Translations under genes and position numbers: made by a program | Notes under the pieces: generated by a model | Database searches by the model: none | Told to the model about the DNA's origin: nothing | The model's input: only the letters and a program-made list of their open reading frames with translations | Origin: an uncultured bacterium | GTDB taxonomy: Bacteria > Patescibacteriota > Minisyncoccia > Phycocordibacterales > PALSA-1337 | DNA length: 64,000 nt | Reading direction: 5' to 3' | NCBI GenBank assembly: GCA_903839725.1 | Contig: CAIMDG010000002.1 | Coordinates: 241,117-305,116 of the forward strand | Shown here: positions 27,483 to 36,884 of the stretch, in pieces | How the letters are laid out: each line of letters begins with the position of its first letter | How positions within the stretch are numbered: position 1 is the stretch's first letter

Positions 27483-28754
27483 ATGAAAAACCGAAATACA
27501 CAAATAATCATAGCGTTCATCATTCTGATCCTTGTGGCCGCGGCTATCTTTTGGTTTTTCTTTTTGAAAACTACACCGGTAACAACTCCAGGTGGGGATA
27601 CGACTCAACCAGGCTTTTCTCCTTTTGGAACAAGCACCCGTAGGACAGGCCCTGGAACGCCTCCTGGACAAGGAGGGGCCACAAGTACTACTAGCGCGAG
27701 TCCTATTCCTGTACTACGCCTTCTTAGTAATACGCCTGTTGGAGGATATGGCGCAAGCACTACTGCAAGCACAACAATTATTCGCTGGGTTGACCGTGGA
27801 CGAGGTAGTATACTCGAAACAACAGGGGATTCATTGGATATCAAGAAACTCTCAAATACTCTCGTTCCTCGTATATATCAAAGTCAGTGGAATAAAAACA
27901 TAAGTGCATTCATCGCCTCAGTAATACCTGAGAATAGTGCTCGCCAGAATACTATCTATACAGAAATGATGCCTCAAGCATCTTCGACCGGTGGCACTGA
28001 CTCAAGTACTTCTCTTTTTGAACTCAAAGGAAAAACTCTACCAGATGGTATTACTTCCTACTCAGTCTCACCAAAGAAAGACAAGGTGTTCTTCTTCAGT
28101 GTCCAAAATGGACGAGGTACAGGATACATATCAGCAATTACCGGTGGGGCTCTTACCCAAATCTTCGACACCCCTATCACTCAAGTTACAACTGATTGGC
28201 CAGAAGAAAATACTATTGTTATAACAACAAAGGGCGTTTCAAATGAAAATGGATTCTTGTATTTCATCAATCCAAAAACTGGTGTATGGAAAAAGATTGC
28301 GGGACCTATCCCAGGACTTACAGCTGTAGTAAACCACGATGCTTCGTACGCTCTTATATCTGCACGAGGAGTGGATGGAACAATTCAGACTGGAATATAT
28401 CGAGTAGCAAGCAGTACGATGATTAATGCCGTGATTCAAACGCTCGCAGATAAGTGTACGTGGGGTAACTTCTACAAAAATCTTATATACTGTGCAGTTC
28501 CAAGCAGACCAGTTGCTGGCTCATACCCAGAAGATTGGTATACAGGAATAGTTTCATTCTCAGATAAAATATGGCAAATGAATGCAACCACGGGAGAAAT
28601 TAACTTGGTTGCAAATATCATCGGCCAGAGTGATCGTCCAATAGATGGCTTCAATCTTGGTACAGATTCAAAAGATAACTTCCTCTTCTTCATGAATAAG
28701 ACCGACTTGTCATTATGGTCATTAGACTTGGTAAGTAGTAAAAGTACAAACTAA
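27483..28754 (+). CDS. Hypothetical membrane-anchored protein with a P/G/T-rich linker and beta-rich C-domain (last gene of the cluster)
   Basis: N-terminal TM IIIAFIILILVAAAIFWFFFL; 423 aa. Confidence 0.4.
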   Translation: MKNRNTQIIIAFIILILVAAAIFWFFFLKTTPVTTPGGDTTQPGFSPFGTSTRRTGPGTPPGQGGATSTTSASPIPVLRLLSNTPVGGYGASTTASTTIIRWVDRGRGSILETTGDSLDIKKLSNTLVPRIYQSQWNKNISAFIASVIPENSARQNTIYTEMMPQASSTGGTDSSTSLFELKGKTLPDGITSYSVSPKKDKVFFFSVQNGRGTGYISAITGGALTQIFDTPITQVTTDWPEENTIVITTKGVSNENGFLYFINPKTGVWKKIAGPIPGLTAVVNHDASYALISARGVDGTIQTGIYRVASSTMINAVIQTLADKCTWGNFYKNLIYCAVPSRPVAGSYPEDWYTGIVSFSDKIWQMNATTGEINLVANIIGQSDRPIDGFNLGTDSKDNFLFFMNKTDLSLWSLDLVSSKSTN

Positions 28755-28760
28755 TACATT

Positions 28761-28792
28761 AAAAAATCCCACCGATCTGGTGGGATTTTTTA
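28761..28792. terminator. Bidirectional rho-independent terminator (A-tract, 8-bp stem atcccacc/ggtgggat, T-tract)
   Basis: Between the convergent genes 27483..28754 (+) and yidC (-). Confidence 0.6.
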
Positions 28793-28798
28793 ATGCGA

Positions 28799-29548
28799 CT
28801 ATTCTTTGAAATATTTCTTACGAATATATAATTCTTGACCGAGGGTGAATAGGGAACTGACTGACCAATATATAGCAATTATAGAAGCTGCTTGGGGAAA
28901 CTGTGACGGAATAAGCCAATATGTTGAAGCGAAAGCGAGGAGAGGCAACATGTATTTCATCTGTGTTGTCATTGAGCCAGATAACTTTGATGCAAAGTCA
29001 GAAGGAAGAACACCTCCATTTTTAGCAACCATCTCCTTGTGCTGACGTGAAGCAATAGAATAATGCATCTGGAAGAACTGTATAATTGCTGTCACAAGAG
29101 ACAATATAATGCTCTTTCCACTAATATTGAGACCGAGGAGGGTCAATGTAACTACGGGAACATGAACGAAGCTATATAACAATTCTGGATGGATTGCGGG
29201 ACTGATCTTATAAAACACTGAGATCAGTGCGATAAGTATCGGTAATTGAATAATAAGCAAAAGAACACCTGAAAAGGGCTTAATATTCTTTGTTTTGTAC
29301 AATTCCATCACTTTTGCAGCTTGCAACTGACGATCTTTACTGTATTGGGCCTTGATTTTGTTTGCCTCGGGCTCAATTTCTTTCATGCGAACCTGAGTGA
29401 GGAGGGCACTCTTCGAAAGAGGGAAGAGAATAAGTCGAATAATAACGGTAAATATAATAACAGCAACACCGACATCTACCCATGGAAGTACATCCATAAT
29501 ACCGACAAGCCCATTATAGAGAGGGCGAAATACAATTTCATTATACAT
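28799..29548 (-). CDS. yidC: Membrane protein insertase YidC/Oxa1 family (short form)
   Basis: 249 aa with the conserved YidC core TM pattern; gene order rpmH-rnpA-yidC. Confidence 0.85.
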   Translation of the reverse strand: MYNEIVFRPLYNGLVGIMDVLPWVDVGVAVIIFTVIIRLILFPLSKSALLTQVRMKEIEPEANKIKAQYSKDRQLQAAKVMELYKTKNIKPFSGVLLLIIQLPILIALISVFYKISPAIHPELLYSFVHVPVVTLTLLGLNISGKSIILSLVTAIIQFFQMHYSIASRQHKEMVAKNGGVLPSDFASKLSGSMTTQMKYMLPLLAFASTYWLIPSQFPQAASIIAIYWSVSSLFTLGQELYIRKKYFKE

Positions 29549-29559
29549 AGGCTTTAATG

Positions 29560-29895
29560 TTACCTCAAAAGTCTCGATTTCACAAAGACTTCCTTTACTT
29601 CAGTTTCAATAGCTTTTTGAGTTGCCTGGAATAATTGTGGCTTGGCAATAATCGCAATATGGGTGTTAGGAACTATTTCTGAAAAAATTACTCTTACTGC
29701 TTCATACATTTTCTTTCTAAATTTATTGCGCTGCACAGCTGTTTTAGCGATTTTCACAGGAACTGTTGTAGAAATTCTGGTATCAGGAGATCCGGGAAGG
29801 GCACGTAACAGAAAAAGGGCAGAGTGAGATACTCTCCCATTTTTCATAACTAATGCGAATTGTTCACCAGACAATCTCTGAGAACGAGGCAACAT
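29560..29895 (-). CDS. rnpA: Ribonuclease P protein component
   Basis: MLPRSQRLSGEQFALVMKNGRVSHSALFLL matches the RnpA N-terminus; lies immediately downstream of rpmH. Confidence 0.85.
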   Translation of the reverse strand: MLPRSQRLSGEQFALVMKNGRVSHSALFLLRALPGSPDTRISTTVPVKIAKTAVQRNKFRKKMYEAVRVIFSEIVPNTHIAIIAKPQLFQATQKAIETEVKEVFVKSRLLR

Positions 29896-29896
29896 G

Positions 29897-30031
29897 TTAT
29901 ACAGCTACGCGCTTGCGACCCTTGGCTCGGCGACGTGCCAAAACCTTGCGACCAGGAGCAGTTTTCATGCGAACACGAAATCCGTGTGACTTGGCACGCT
30001 TTCTTTTGTTTGGATTATACGTAAATGACAT
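29897..30031 (-). CDS. rpmH: 50S ribosomal protein L34
   Basis: Hand translation of the minus strand gives [44 protein letters not shown], the L34 consensus. Below the ORF-track size cut-off. Confidence 0.85.
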   Translation of the reverse strand: MSFTYNPNKRKRAKSHGFRVRMKTAPGRKVLARRRAKGRKRVAV

Positions 30032-30071
30032 GGGGATACTATAGTGTAAAAAGCTAATATATGCAAGCTAG

Positions 30072-30187
30072 GAGGCACAAGGGGTGTCTGTACTCATTTT
30101 CTGTACAAGTTTGTAAACATTGTGGTACGCGGTGTAATGTACATGTCTCTAAACTTGTACAGAAAATGAGTACAGACACCCCTTGTG
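30072..30187. repeat. 38-bp perfect inverted repeat (ggcacaaggggtgtctgtactcattttctgtacaagtt ... aacttgtacagaaaatgagtacagacaccccttgtgcc) flanking a 40-nt spacer, in the rpmH-dnaA intergenic region
   Basis: Hand-verified complementarity; DnaA-box-like TTATCaACA and cTcTCCACA motifs lie just downstream, around 30230-30260. Confidence 0.6.
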
Positions 30188-30298
30188 CCTACCAAACAGG
30201 GAAAACAATTTTACTATCCCCAACTTATCAACATATTTTATCGCTCTCCACAAGTTTGCATATTTATAAACAGGTATATACTTAGAGACACCAAACCT

Positions 30299-31645
30299 AT
30301 GAATCCTCACTCAAAAATGTGGCAGACTGCTTTAATAGAAATCGAGACCGCAGTCTCACAGGCAAATTTTTCAACTTGGTTCAAAGAGACACGTATATTA
30401 AAAGAAGAGGAGGGTGTCATATTTCTCGGAGTCCCTAACTCATTCACCCAAGAATGGCTCTATAAGAAGTTTCATAACTCTATTCTGCGTATATTGAGAC
30501 AAATGAATGATGGTGTGAGAGCACTCGAATACGTCGTAGTCAAAGATGAAGAGAAGCGTGGTGGTGAATCAAAGAAAAATGGCTTTGTAGCACCTACTCT
30601 TTCTATGCCTTTGCAGGATTTCTACATAAACAAAGAAGATAACCTCAATCCACGCTATACATTTGATAACTTTGTTGTTGGACCATTCAATGAACTGGCT
30701 CATGCAGCCTCACAGACAGTTATAAAGAACCCTGGACATACCTATAACCCACTATTCATCTACGGAGATACTGGTCGTGGTAAAACACACCTTATGCAGG
30801 CAGTGGGGAACCAGATCAAGAAGCTATACCCAGACAAGAAGTTGTTCTATATGACATCAGAACGTTTTGGTTCAGAGCTATTCATCGCCATCCAAGAAAA
30901 TAAGGTTCAACAATTCAAGGACAGATATAGAAAATATGATGTTGTGATCATGGACGATATCCAATTCTTCGCAAACAAGGAGAAGTTCCAGGAAGAACTC
31001 TTCCATTTCTTCAATACATTCAAGGATAGTGGTCGCCAACTCATCTTTTCTTCAGATAAACACCCAAATATCATCACGGGCCTTGAAGATCGCCTCCGTG
31101 GACGATTTAGTGCGGGAATGGTTGTAGATATACCTGAACCTGACCTAGAATCTCGTATGGTAATAGTGCGTGCAAAGTGTGCAACACACAATATAACTCT
31201 TCCTGAAGATGTTATTGAACACCTCGCTTCATCCATCGAAGACAATATCCGTGAAATAGAGGGGATTATCAACGTTATCTCATGCCAAACACAACTCAAA
31301 AATAAACAGTTATCATTGAATGAAATAAAGAATATCCTCAAAAATAACACCAAACCAAAGAAAACTCTCTCAGTAAAAGAGGTAGTAAAGATTGTTTCTG
31401 ACTTCTATAACATAGACGAGGAGAGTATTAACAATAAAACTCGCAGAAAAGAGGTTGTTCGCCCTCGCCAGGTTGTTATGTACATCCTCAGAGAAGATTT
31501 TGGTATGTCATTTCCTTCAATAGGGGAGAAGTTGGGAGGAAGAGATCACACAACAGTCATTCACTCGTACGAAAAAGTGAAGGAGGAAATAAAAACTGAT
31601 ACATTATTGTCTCAGGAGATTGGACAGGTGCGTTCAATGTTATAA
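30299..31645 (+). CDS. dnaA: Chromosomal replication initiator DnaA
   Basis: Walker A IYGDTGRGKTHL, sensor motifs, C-terminal DNA-binding domain (RDHTTVIHSYEKV). Start placed at MNPHSKMWQTAL; the ORF track starts at 30185. Confidence 0.9.
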   Translation: MNPHSKMWQTALIEIETAVSQANFSTWFKETRILKEEEGVIFLGVPNSFTQEWLYKKFHNSILRILRQMNDGVRALEYVVVKDEEKRGGESKKNGFVAPTLSMPLQDFYINKEDNLNPRYTFDNFVVGPFNELAHAASQTVIKNPGHTYNPLFIYGDTGRGKTHLMQAVGNQIKKLYPDKKLFYMTSERFGSELFIAIQENKVQQFKDRYRKYDVVIMDDIQFFANKEKFQEELFHFFNTFKDSGRQLIFSSDKHPNIITGLEDRLRGRFSAGMVVDIPEPDLESRMVIVRAKCATHNITLPEDVIEHLASSIEDNIREIEGIINVISCQTQLKNKQLSLNEIKNILKNNTKPKKTLSVKEVVKIVSDFYNIDEESINNKTRRKEVVRPRQVVMYILREDFGMSFPSIGEKLGGRDHTTVIHSYEKVKEEIKTDTLLSQEIGQVRSML

Positions 31646-31866
31646 GTATGTGGATAAGGTGGGGTATATATGTGAATAGTACTGGGAATAGTATCTTATA
31701 AGAAAATGTTTTTAAAAGAGAAAGGGTAATAAGAAAAAGATGTTGGAATGTTTCCACATACAAATTTAACAAAGACATATAAAATAAACTTATATATAGC
31801 CATATAAAAAGATATCAACATATTCACAGATATAATGACACTATTTTAAATATATAAACTAAAAAC
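31646..31866. promoter_or_regulatory. Candidate oriC: AT-rich dnaA-dnaN spacer with a perfect DnaA box TGTGGATAA (about 31652-31660) and a very AT-rich unwinding region
   Basis: Conserved gene order rpmH-rnpA-yidC / dnaA-dnaN; perfect 9-mer DnaA box; a run of more than 150 nt at about 80 percent AT. Confidence 0.55.
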
Positions 31867-32973
31867 ATGAAATTCGAAACAAATTTACAAAAGTTAAAGG
31901 AGGCAGTGACTCTCGCAGAGCATATAGCGGGAATACATATCACTCTACCAGTCCTCTCTTGTATTCTGATAGAGGTAAAAAAGAATATTGCTATGCTCCG
32001 TGCAACAAATTTGGATGTTGGCATGGAAATTTTATTGTCTGTTAAGACCCATGAAGAGGGGGTTGTGGCTATTCCTGCGAAAACACTCTCTTCTTTCCTT
32101 TCTCAAATTCCCGATCAAAATCATGTCGTTCAACTGGAACTTATTTCTGGAAACATTCAAATAATTTCTGCAAAAACCCGCGGTGTTATAAAAACGATGC
32201 CAATAGAGGACTTTCCTTCAATTCCTTCAATTCCAGATGCTGAACAATTTACTCTTTCTAGCGAACTTTTTGTGAAAGGTTTGAAGTCTGTTTGTTATAG
32301 TGCTTCAATATCGAGCGTAAAACCAGAACTTTCCAGTGTATATGTATATAAAGATGCTGGAAATGTGACCTTTGTTGCAACAGACTCCTTCCGCTTGGCC
32401 GAGAAGAAGATAAAAATAAACATTCCTTCACAGTTTAATGATATCTTGATTCCCTCCAAGAATGTGTCTGAAATAATCCGTACACTCGAATATATTGCTT
32501 CTGATGTTCAGGTTGCCTCAAATAAAAACCTTATTTCATTCAAATCAGGGGATATATACATCGTTTCTCGCGTGATTGATGGTGTATTTCCCGATTATCG
32601 ACAAATTATACCCAAGAATTTCAGTACGGAGGCAATTGTGCTTAAGCAAGATTTCCTCAATGCTCTCAAGGTTTCGAATATATTTTCTGATAAATTCAAT
32701 CAAGTTCATATTACCGTTGATCCAAAAGGGAAGGTGTTCGAAATACAGACAAAAAATGTTGATGTGGGAGAAAATAAGACCCTTGTTGACGCCGCACTTA
32801 CTGGCGAACGTGTTGAAATAAATTTTAACTACAAATACATCGCTGATAGTTTTCAGTCAGTTGATTCAGACAGTGTATCCCTTCAGTTTACTGGCTTGAA
32901 TAGACCGATGGTGGTCAGACCAATTTCTGGAGAACAATCATTCATGTACTTGGTGATGCCAATGAATAGGTAA
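31867..32973 (+). CDS. dnaN: DNA polymerase III beta sliding clamp
   Basis: 368 aa, three-domain clamp pattern; follows dnaA. Confidence 0.9.
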   Translation: MKFETNLQKLKEAVTLAEHIAGIHITLPVLSCILIEVKKNIAMLRATNLDVGMEILLSVKTHEEGVVAIPAKTLSSFLSQIPDQNHVVQLELISGNIQIISAKTRGVIKTMPIEDFPSIPSIPDAEQFTLSSELFVKGLKSVCYSASISSVKPELSSVYVYKDAGNVTFVATDSFRLAEKKIKINIPSQFNDILIPSKNVSEIIRTLEYIASDVQVASNKNLISFKSGDIYIVSRVIDGVFPDYRQIIPKNFSTEAIVLKQDFLNALKVSNIFSDKFNQVHITVDPKGKVFEIQTKNVDVGENKTLVDAALTGERVEINFNYKYIADSFQSVDSDSVSLQFTGLNRPMVVRPISGEQSFMYLVMPMNR

Positions 32974-32977
32974 TACC

Positions 32978-33238
32978 ATGTTCAATATAGGACAGTTTTT
33001 CAAGAATATACAAAACCGTCACACAAAGGAGCTTTTTGTACGTTCTGTTATTCAAGAATCAATCAATCAGAATGTTGGTGTAAAGATTCCTCTTGAAGAT
33101 ATAACCCTTTCTTCAGGGGTTATTACTTTGAAAAACATTAGTTCAGGTCTACAATCTACTATTTTTATCAAGAATCAAAAAATAATAGATTCTATAAATA
33201 GTACGCAAACGATTCAGAATATCACTACAATTCGATAG
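32978..33238 (+). CDS. DUF721/DciA-like small protein (weak)
   Basis: The segment LEDITLSSGVITLKNISSGLQSTIFIKNQKIIDSIN fits the DUF721 pattern usually found after dnaN/recF. Confidence 0.3.
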   Translation: MFNIGQFFKNIQNRHTKELFVRSVIQESINQNVGVKIPLEDITLSSGVITLKNISSGLQSTIFIKNQKIIDSINSTQTIQNITTIR

Positions 33239-33239
33239 A

Positions 33240-35780
33240 TTACTGTTGAGTGGCGAAGTCTACAGAAGCCTCGGCTTTATTGAATACCGAGTCGTAAACG
33301 GTCACGGAGAGGGTGCTGGTTGAAGAAAGATCGCCACCTACATCTGCAGGAACAAAAGATATATTGAGTGGGTTATTTTCTGTACTTAGAACATATTTAC
33401 CATTGAGAGATACTTCAGTCTTCTGTATAGGATACATTCCCGATGATTGTAATTGAAGAGAGAGGGGTACGCTCGGATTGATGATCGAATTTGAAATAGG
33501 AGAAAGGATTGATATGTGAGGAGCTGTTGCCGGTGTGTGAACAGTGTCTTTTTCAGTAGGAACAGAGAATGTTGCACCTTCAACAAATTCAGGATGAGCT
33601 ACTTTCCATGTATCAAACCACTTTCGTGCCCCATATTCCCAGTAAGAATATTGTGAGTCTTTGGTTGGATCAGCAGGCGCTGGACCACGAGGATTACTTG
33701 GGTCGACCCATTGAAGAATAGTATGAACACTCGGAACAACAAGATCTTTTTGTGTTTCAGCAGGTGTGTATTCAGTAGCTAGTTTTCCAGAGATTGAATC
33801 TATCTTATATGAAACACCTCCTTGCCAAATACCACGTAAAGGAGTTGGGCCATCAGTAAGTGGGGGTGGGGGAGTTTGAAAATTTTCAGGAGGGAAATTC
33901 TTTGCAACTTGTGATACGAATGCTCCCCAGAGAGGAGAAATAATCAGACCAGCCACATTCTGGGACATAGGAGTGTTATCATTTTTTCCTGCCCATGCAC
34001 CAACAACAAGGTTCGGTGTGTATCCAAGGATCCACACATCACGGAAGTCGTTGGTTGTACCTGTTTTGATGGCTACTTGTCTACCAACACTATCGGCAAT
34101 TTGTCTCAAGCTTGCCATGCGTACCGCAGGATCAGAGAGGATATCTGATATTTGTCGAGCAATTTCTGGGGCAAGAACTTGCGCGGGGTTAGTTTTTGAT
34201 TCTTCGAGAACATTTCCCTTATTGTCTATAACTTTCAATATTGAGCGATACGGATTGCGTATACCATCGTTCGCAAATACACCATACGCACTTGTCATAT
34301 CGAGTAAACTCACTTCGCCTCCTCCGAGAGTAAGGCTGAGACCATACCTGTCAGGATCATTGAGGCTTGTAATACCCATGTCGTGTGCTGTTTGTATAGA
34401 ATCTTTGATCCCTGCGAGGTATAGAGCCTTTACCGCGGGGATATTTCTCGATTCAGCGAGTGCTTGTTTGATAGTGAGTGGGCCCTCAAACTTTGAGTCA
34501 TAGTCATTGGGGGAATAACAGACTTTTGTTGGATCGTCATTTGGATTGTTCGGTTTTCCATCAACAGAGCAGAGTGTCGAAAATTCTGTTTCAGCATCAA
34601 AGAGGATAGTTTGAGGAGTGTAACCTTTCTTGAAAAGAGTTGAATAGACAAAAGGTTTGATTGTTGATCCTGGTTGACGTTGTGCAAGTGCAATATTGAA
34701 GTTTCCATCGACAGAAGAGTCAAAATAATCCTTTGATCCGATCATGGTTAGTATATCTCCCGTTTTGGGGTCAATCGCAACCATAGCAGTATTACTTGCA
34801 TTGAATGTTGAGGTCATTGAAGGAGCAAATTTCTTTACAGAATCCTCAGCTTTCTGTTGCATTGCATAGTCCAATGTCGTTATGATTTTAAGACCGCCAC
34901 TCATGGCTGCCTCCTCTCCATATTTTTGAGTTATGTAGTCACGGACGAACATAACAAAATGTGGTGCACGAATACTTCCTGAATTTTTTGAGAGGAATTC
35001 AACTTTTTCTTTGACTGAAGTATTGTAGTCGGCCTGTGTAATCATTCCTACGTCGAGCATGCGCTGAAGGACGAGTCTGTGACGAGAATCAAGTTCTGCT
35101 CGATGTGTACCGTATGGTGAATAGTAGGTTGGGGCTTGGGGGATAGCGGCAAGATATGCAGCCTGTGCTAATGTGAGGTCTTTTGCAGGGTGTCCGAAGA
35201 ATTGCTGACTAGCTTCTTCAACACCAAAAGTCGTTCCTCCGTACGAAGTTTCATTAAGATATGTCTCCAATATCTTCTCCTTACTCATGATTTGAGTGAG
35301 CTTGATAGCGAGCACCCATTCCTTTATTTTTCTTGATATTGTCTTGTCTTGGGTGAGTAAAGAGTTTTTGACCACCTGTTGAGTGATAGTTGAAGCTCCT
35401 TGACCATAGCCACCTGAAGCAATGTTTGCAAAAACCGCACGAATGATTGATGTTGGTTCAATACCTATGTTGTTGTAGAAGTTTGTGTCCTCAATAGCTA
35501 TCGTCGCTCGTTGTACGAGAGGGGATATGTCTGACAGAGCGAGAGTTGTTCGTTTTGCATCTGTGCCGGTATCATACAAAAGTATTGTTCCTGTACGATC
35601 GTATATTTTTGTTGAATCTGAAACTTTTCGATTCTCAAATGAACTCAAATCAGGAATCTTGAGTGTAGCTACCCATAGTGAAGTTAGTCCAGCACCAATA
35701 AAGAATAAAGATATGGCAACAAGTATCGCTGAGCGAATGTGGCGTCTATGTTTGTGATGATGTTTTGGGTGCTGGGTCAT
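33240..35780 (-). CDS. Class A penicillin-binding protein (PBP1A-type transglycosylase/transpeptidase) with a C-terminal extension
   Basis: GT51 motifs (EDxxFYxHxG-like; RAVFANIASGGYGQGASTITQQVVKN), transpeptidase SxxK (STIKP) and KTG (KTGTTND); 846 aa. Confidence 0.85.
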   Translation of the reverse strand: MTQHPKHHHKHRRHIRSAILVAISLFFIGAGLTSLWVATLKIPDLSSFENRKVSDSTKIYDRTGTILLYDTGTDAKRTTLALSDISPLVQRATIAIEDTNFYNNIGIEPTSIIRAVFANIASGGYGQGASTITQQVVKNSLLTQDKTISRKIKEWVLAIKLTQIMSKEKILETYLNETSYGGTTFGVEEASQQFFGHPAKDLTLAQAAYLAAIPQAPTYYSPYGTHRAELDSRHRLVLQRMLDVGMITQADYNTSVKEKVEFLSKNSGSIRAPHFVMFVRDYITQKYGEEAAMSGGLKIITTLDYAMQQKAEDSVKKFAPSMTSTFNASNTAMVAIDPKTGDILTMIGSKDYFDSSVDGNFNIALAQRQPGSTIKPFVYSTLFKKGYTPQTILFDAETEFSTLCSVDGKPNNPNDDPTKVCYSPNDYDSKFEGPLTIKQALAESRNIPAVKALYLAGIKDSIQTAHDMGITSLNDPDRYGLSLTLGGGEVSLLDMTSAYGVFANDGIRNPYRSILKVIDNKGNVLEESKTNPAQVLAPEIARQISDILSDPAVRMASLRQIADSVGRQVAIKTGTTNDFRDVWILGYTPNLVVGAWAGKNDNTPMSQNVAGLIISPLWGAFVSQVAKNFPPENFQTPPPPLTDGPTPLRGIWQGGVSYKIDSISGKLATEYTPAETQKDLVVPSVHTILQWVDPSNPRGPAPADPTKDSQYSYWEYGARKWFDTWKVAHPEFVEGATFSVPTEKDTVHTPATAPHISILSPISNSIINPSVPLSLQLQSSGMYPIQKTEVSLNGKYVLSTENNPLNISFVPADVGGDLSSTSTLSVTVYDSVFNKAEASVDFATQQ

Positions 35781-35875
35781 ATGGTCGTCATTATATCATT
35801 AAGGATAATCAAAAACGCCCCCTAACTGTGGGCATTTTTTGATTATTACTCATTGAGTAATTAAAGAAAAGTCTT

Positions 35876-36151
35876 TTATATTTCGTATTTGTCTCCAAAT
35901 GGATCAACTTCTTCGTCATCGAGGCCAACTTCTTCAGAACCAAGTGAATCCTCATCATCTGTTACCACAGGCAGATCATCATCAGTTTTTTCTTCTACAG
36001 CACCAACCACAGGTTCAGGCTCATCGATTTCGATGATTTTTGGAGCCTTTGCGGGAAGTTCCTCTTCTTCGTGTTCCTCTGTATGATCAACACGTTTCTT
36101 TTCTACGGCCTTACCTTTTTGTTTAGTTTTTGTTGCTCGATTGTGTGGCAT
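35876..36151 (-). CDS. Hypothetical small basic/acidic protein
   Basis: Start set at MPHNRATKTKQKGK, with AAGGAG 6 nt upstream on the minus strand; highly acidic C-terminus. Confidence 0.35.
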   Translation of the reverse strand: MPHNRATKTKQKGKAVEKKRVDHTEEHEEEELPAKAPKIIEIDEPEPVVGAVEEKTDDDLPVVTDDEDSLGSEEVGLDDEEVDPFGDKYEI

Positions 36152-36267
36152 GCTCCTTAAATTAAGCTCGTAATTTTTGTATGTGAATAGTTGTAACAAA
36201 GCTTGGGGTTTTTTGCAATAAAAGAGAGCTGTGGATAGTGTGGTCGTGTCCTCGCACAACATGACTC

Positions 36268-36366
36268 TCTTCCGTCGCCTGCCCAGTGGAGGCCGTGCTC
36301 GCCCTCGGGCGCTGATCGCTGGGCCTTCGGCGGCCCGACTCGCTAGTCGTCATCCTCGGCGCACTT
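36268..36366 (+). repeat. Family-3 GC-rich structured repeat, copy 1 (expanded by two GC-rich hairpin insertions, no flanking inverted repeat)
   Basis: Shares the segments tccgtcgcctgc / gggcgctSatcgctgg / catcctcggcgcact with the reverse complement of 56029-56080. Confidence 0.55.
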
Positions 36367-36407
36367 CAGAAAGTTTTGCTGCGCAGTAATACGTTTTTGC
36401 GGGGACA

Positions 36408-36884
36408 CTAATTCTTCACATGAGCCGAATGGGTGAGTGCTACGGCAATCGCATCATATTCATCGTCGAGGGCTTTCTTCGTTGGTAGGATAATGAGTAG
36501 GCCAAGCATTTTGAATATACGATCCTTGCTACTTGTACCATCACTCGTTATGGCCATTTTGACTTGCATAGGAGCATATTCGAATACTGATACATTTCTC
36601 CGTGTAGCTTCATAGATGATAATTCCACGAGCCTCAGCAACACGCATGGCCGTCTTTTGATTCTTGGTGATGAATAGTGTTTCTAGCGCTATTGCGTCAG
36701 GCTTGAATCGGTCGAGGATTTTTCCTGTTTCAGTACCAACTTGGTTGAGTCGGGTGTAGATGGAATCTTTTGAATTGGTTTGTAGACAGTCAGAATAGAG
36801 AAGGGTTTCTTTACCTATTTTTGGTTTCTCTATGATGGCCATACCGAGACGGTCATAGCCCGGATCAATGCCGAGGATTTTCAT
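36408..36884 (-). CDS. ruvC: Crossover junction endodeoxyribonuclease RuvC
   Basis: MKILGIDPGYDRLGMAII start and RNase H-like fold motifs. Start placed at MKIL (36884); the ORF track starts at 36932. Confidence 0.85.
   Translation of the reverse strand: MKILGIDPGYDRLGMAIIEKPKIGKETLLYSDCLQTNSKDSIYTRLNQVGTETGKILDRFKPDAIALETLFITKNQKTAMRVAEARGIIIYEATRRNVSVFEYAPMQVKMAITSDGTSSKDRIFKMLGLLIILPTKKALDDEYDAIAVALTHSAHVKN

Noticed and set aside
30061-30285. 74-aa plus-strand ORF in the rpmH-dnaA spacer
   Set aside because: It spans the 38-bp inverted repeat and the DnaA-box-like region, has no RBS and cysteine-rich nonsense composition, and is better explained as origin-proximal noncoding DNA.
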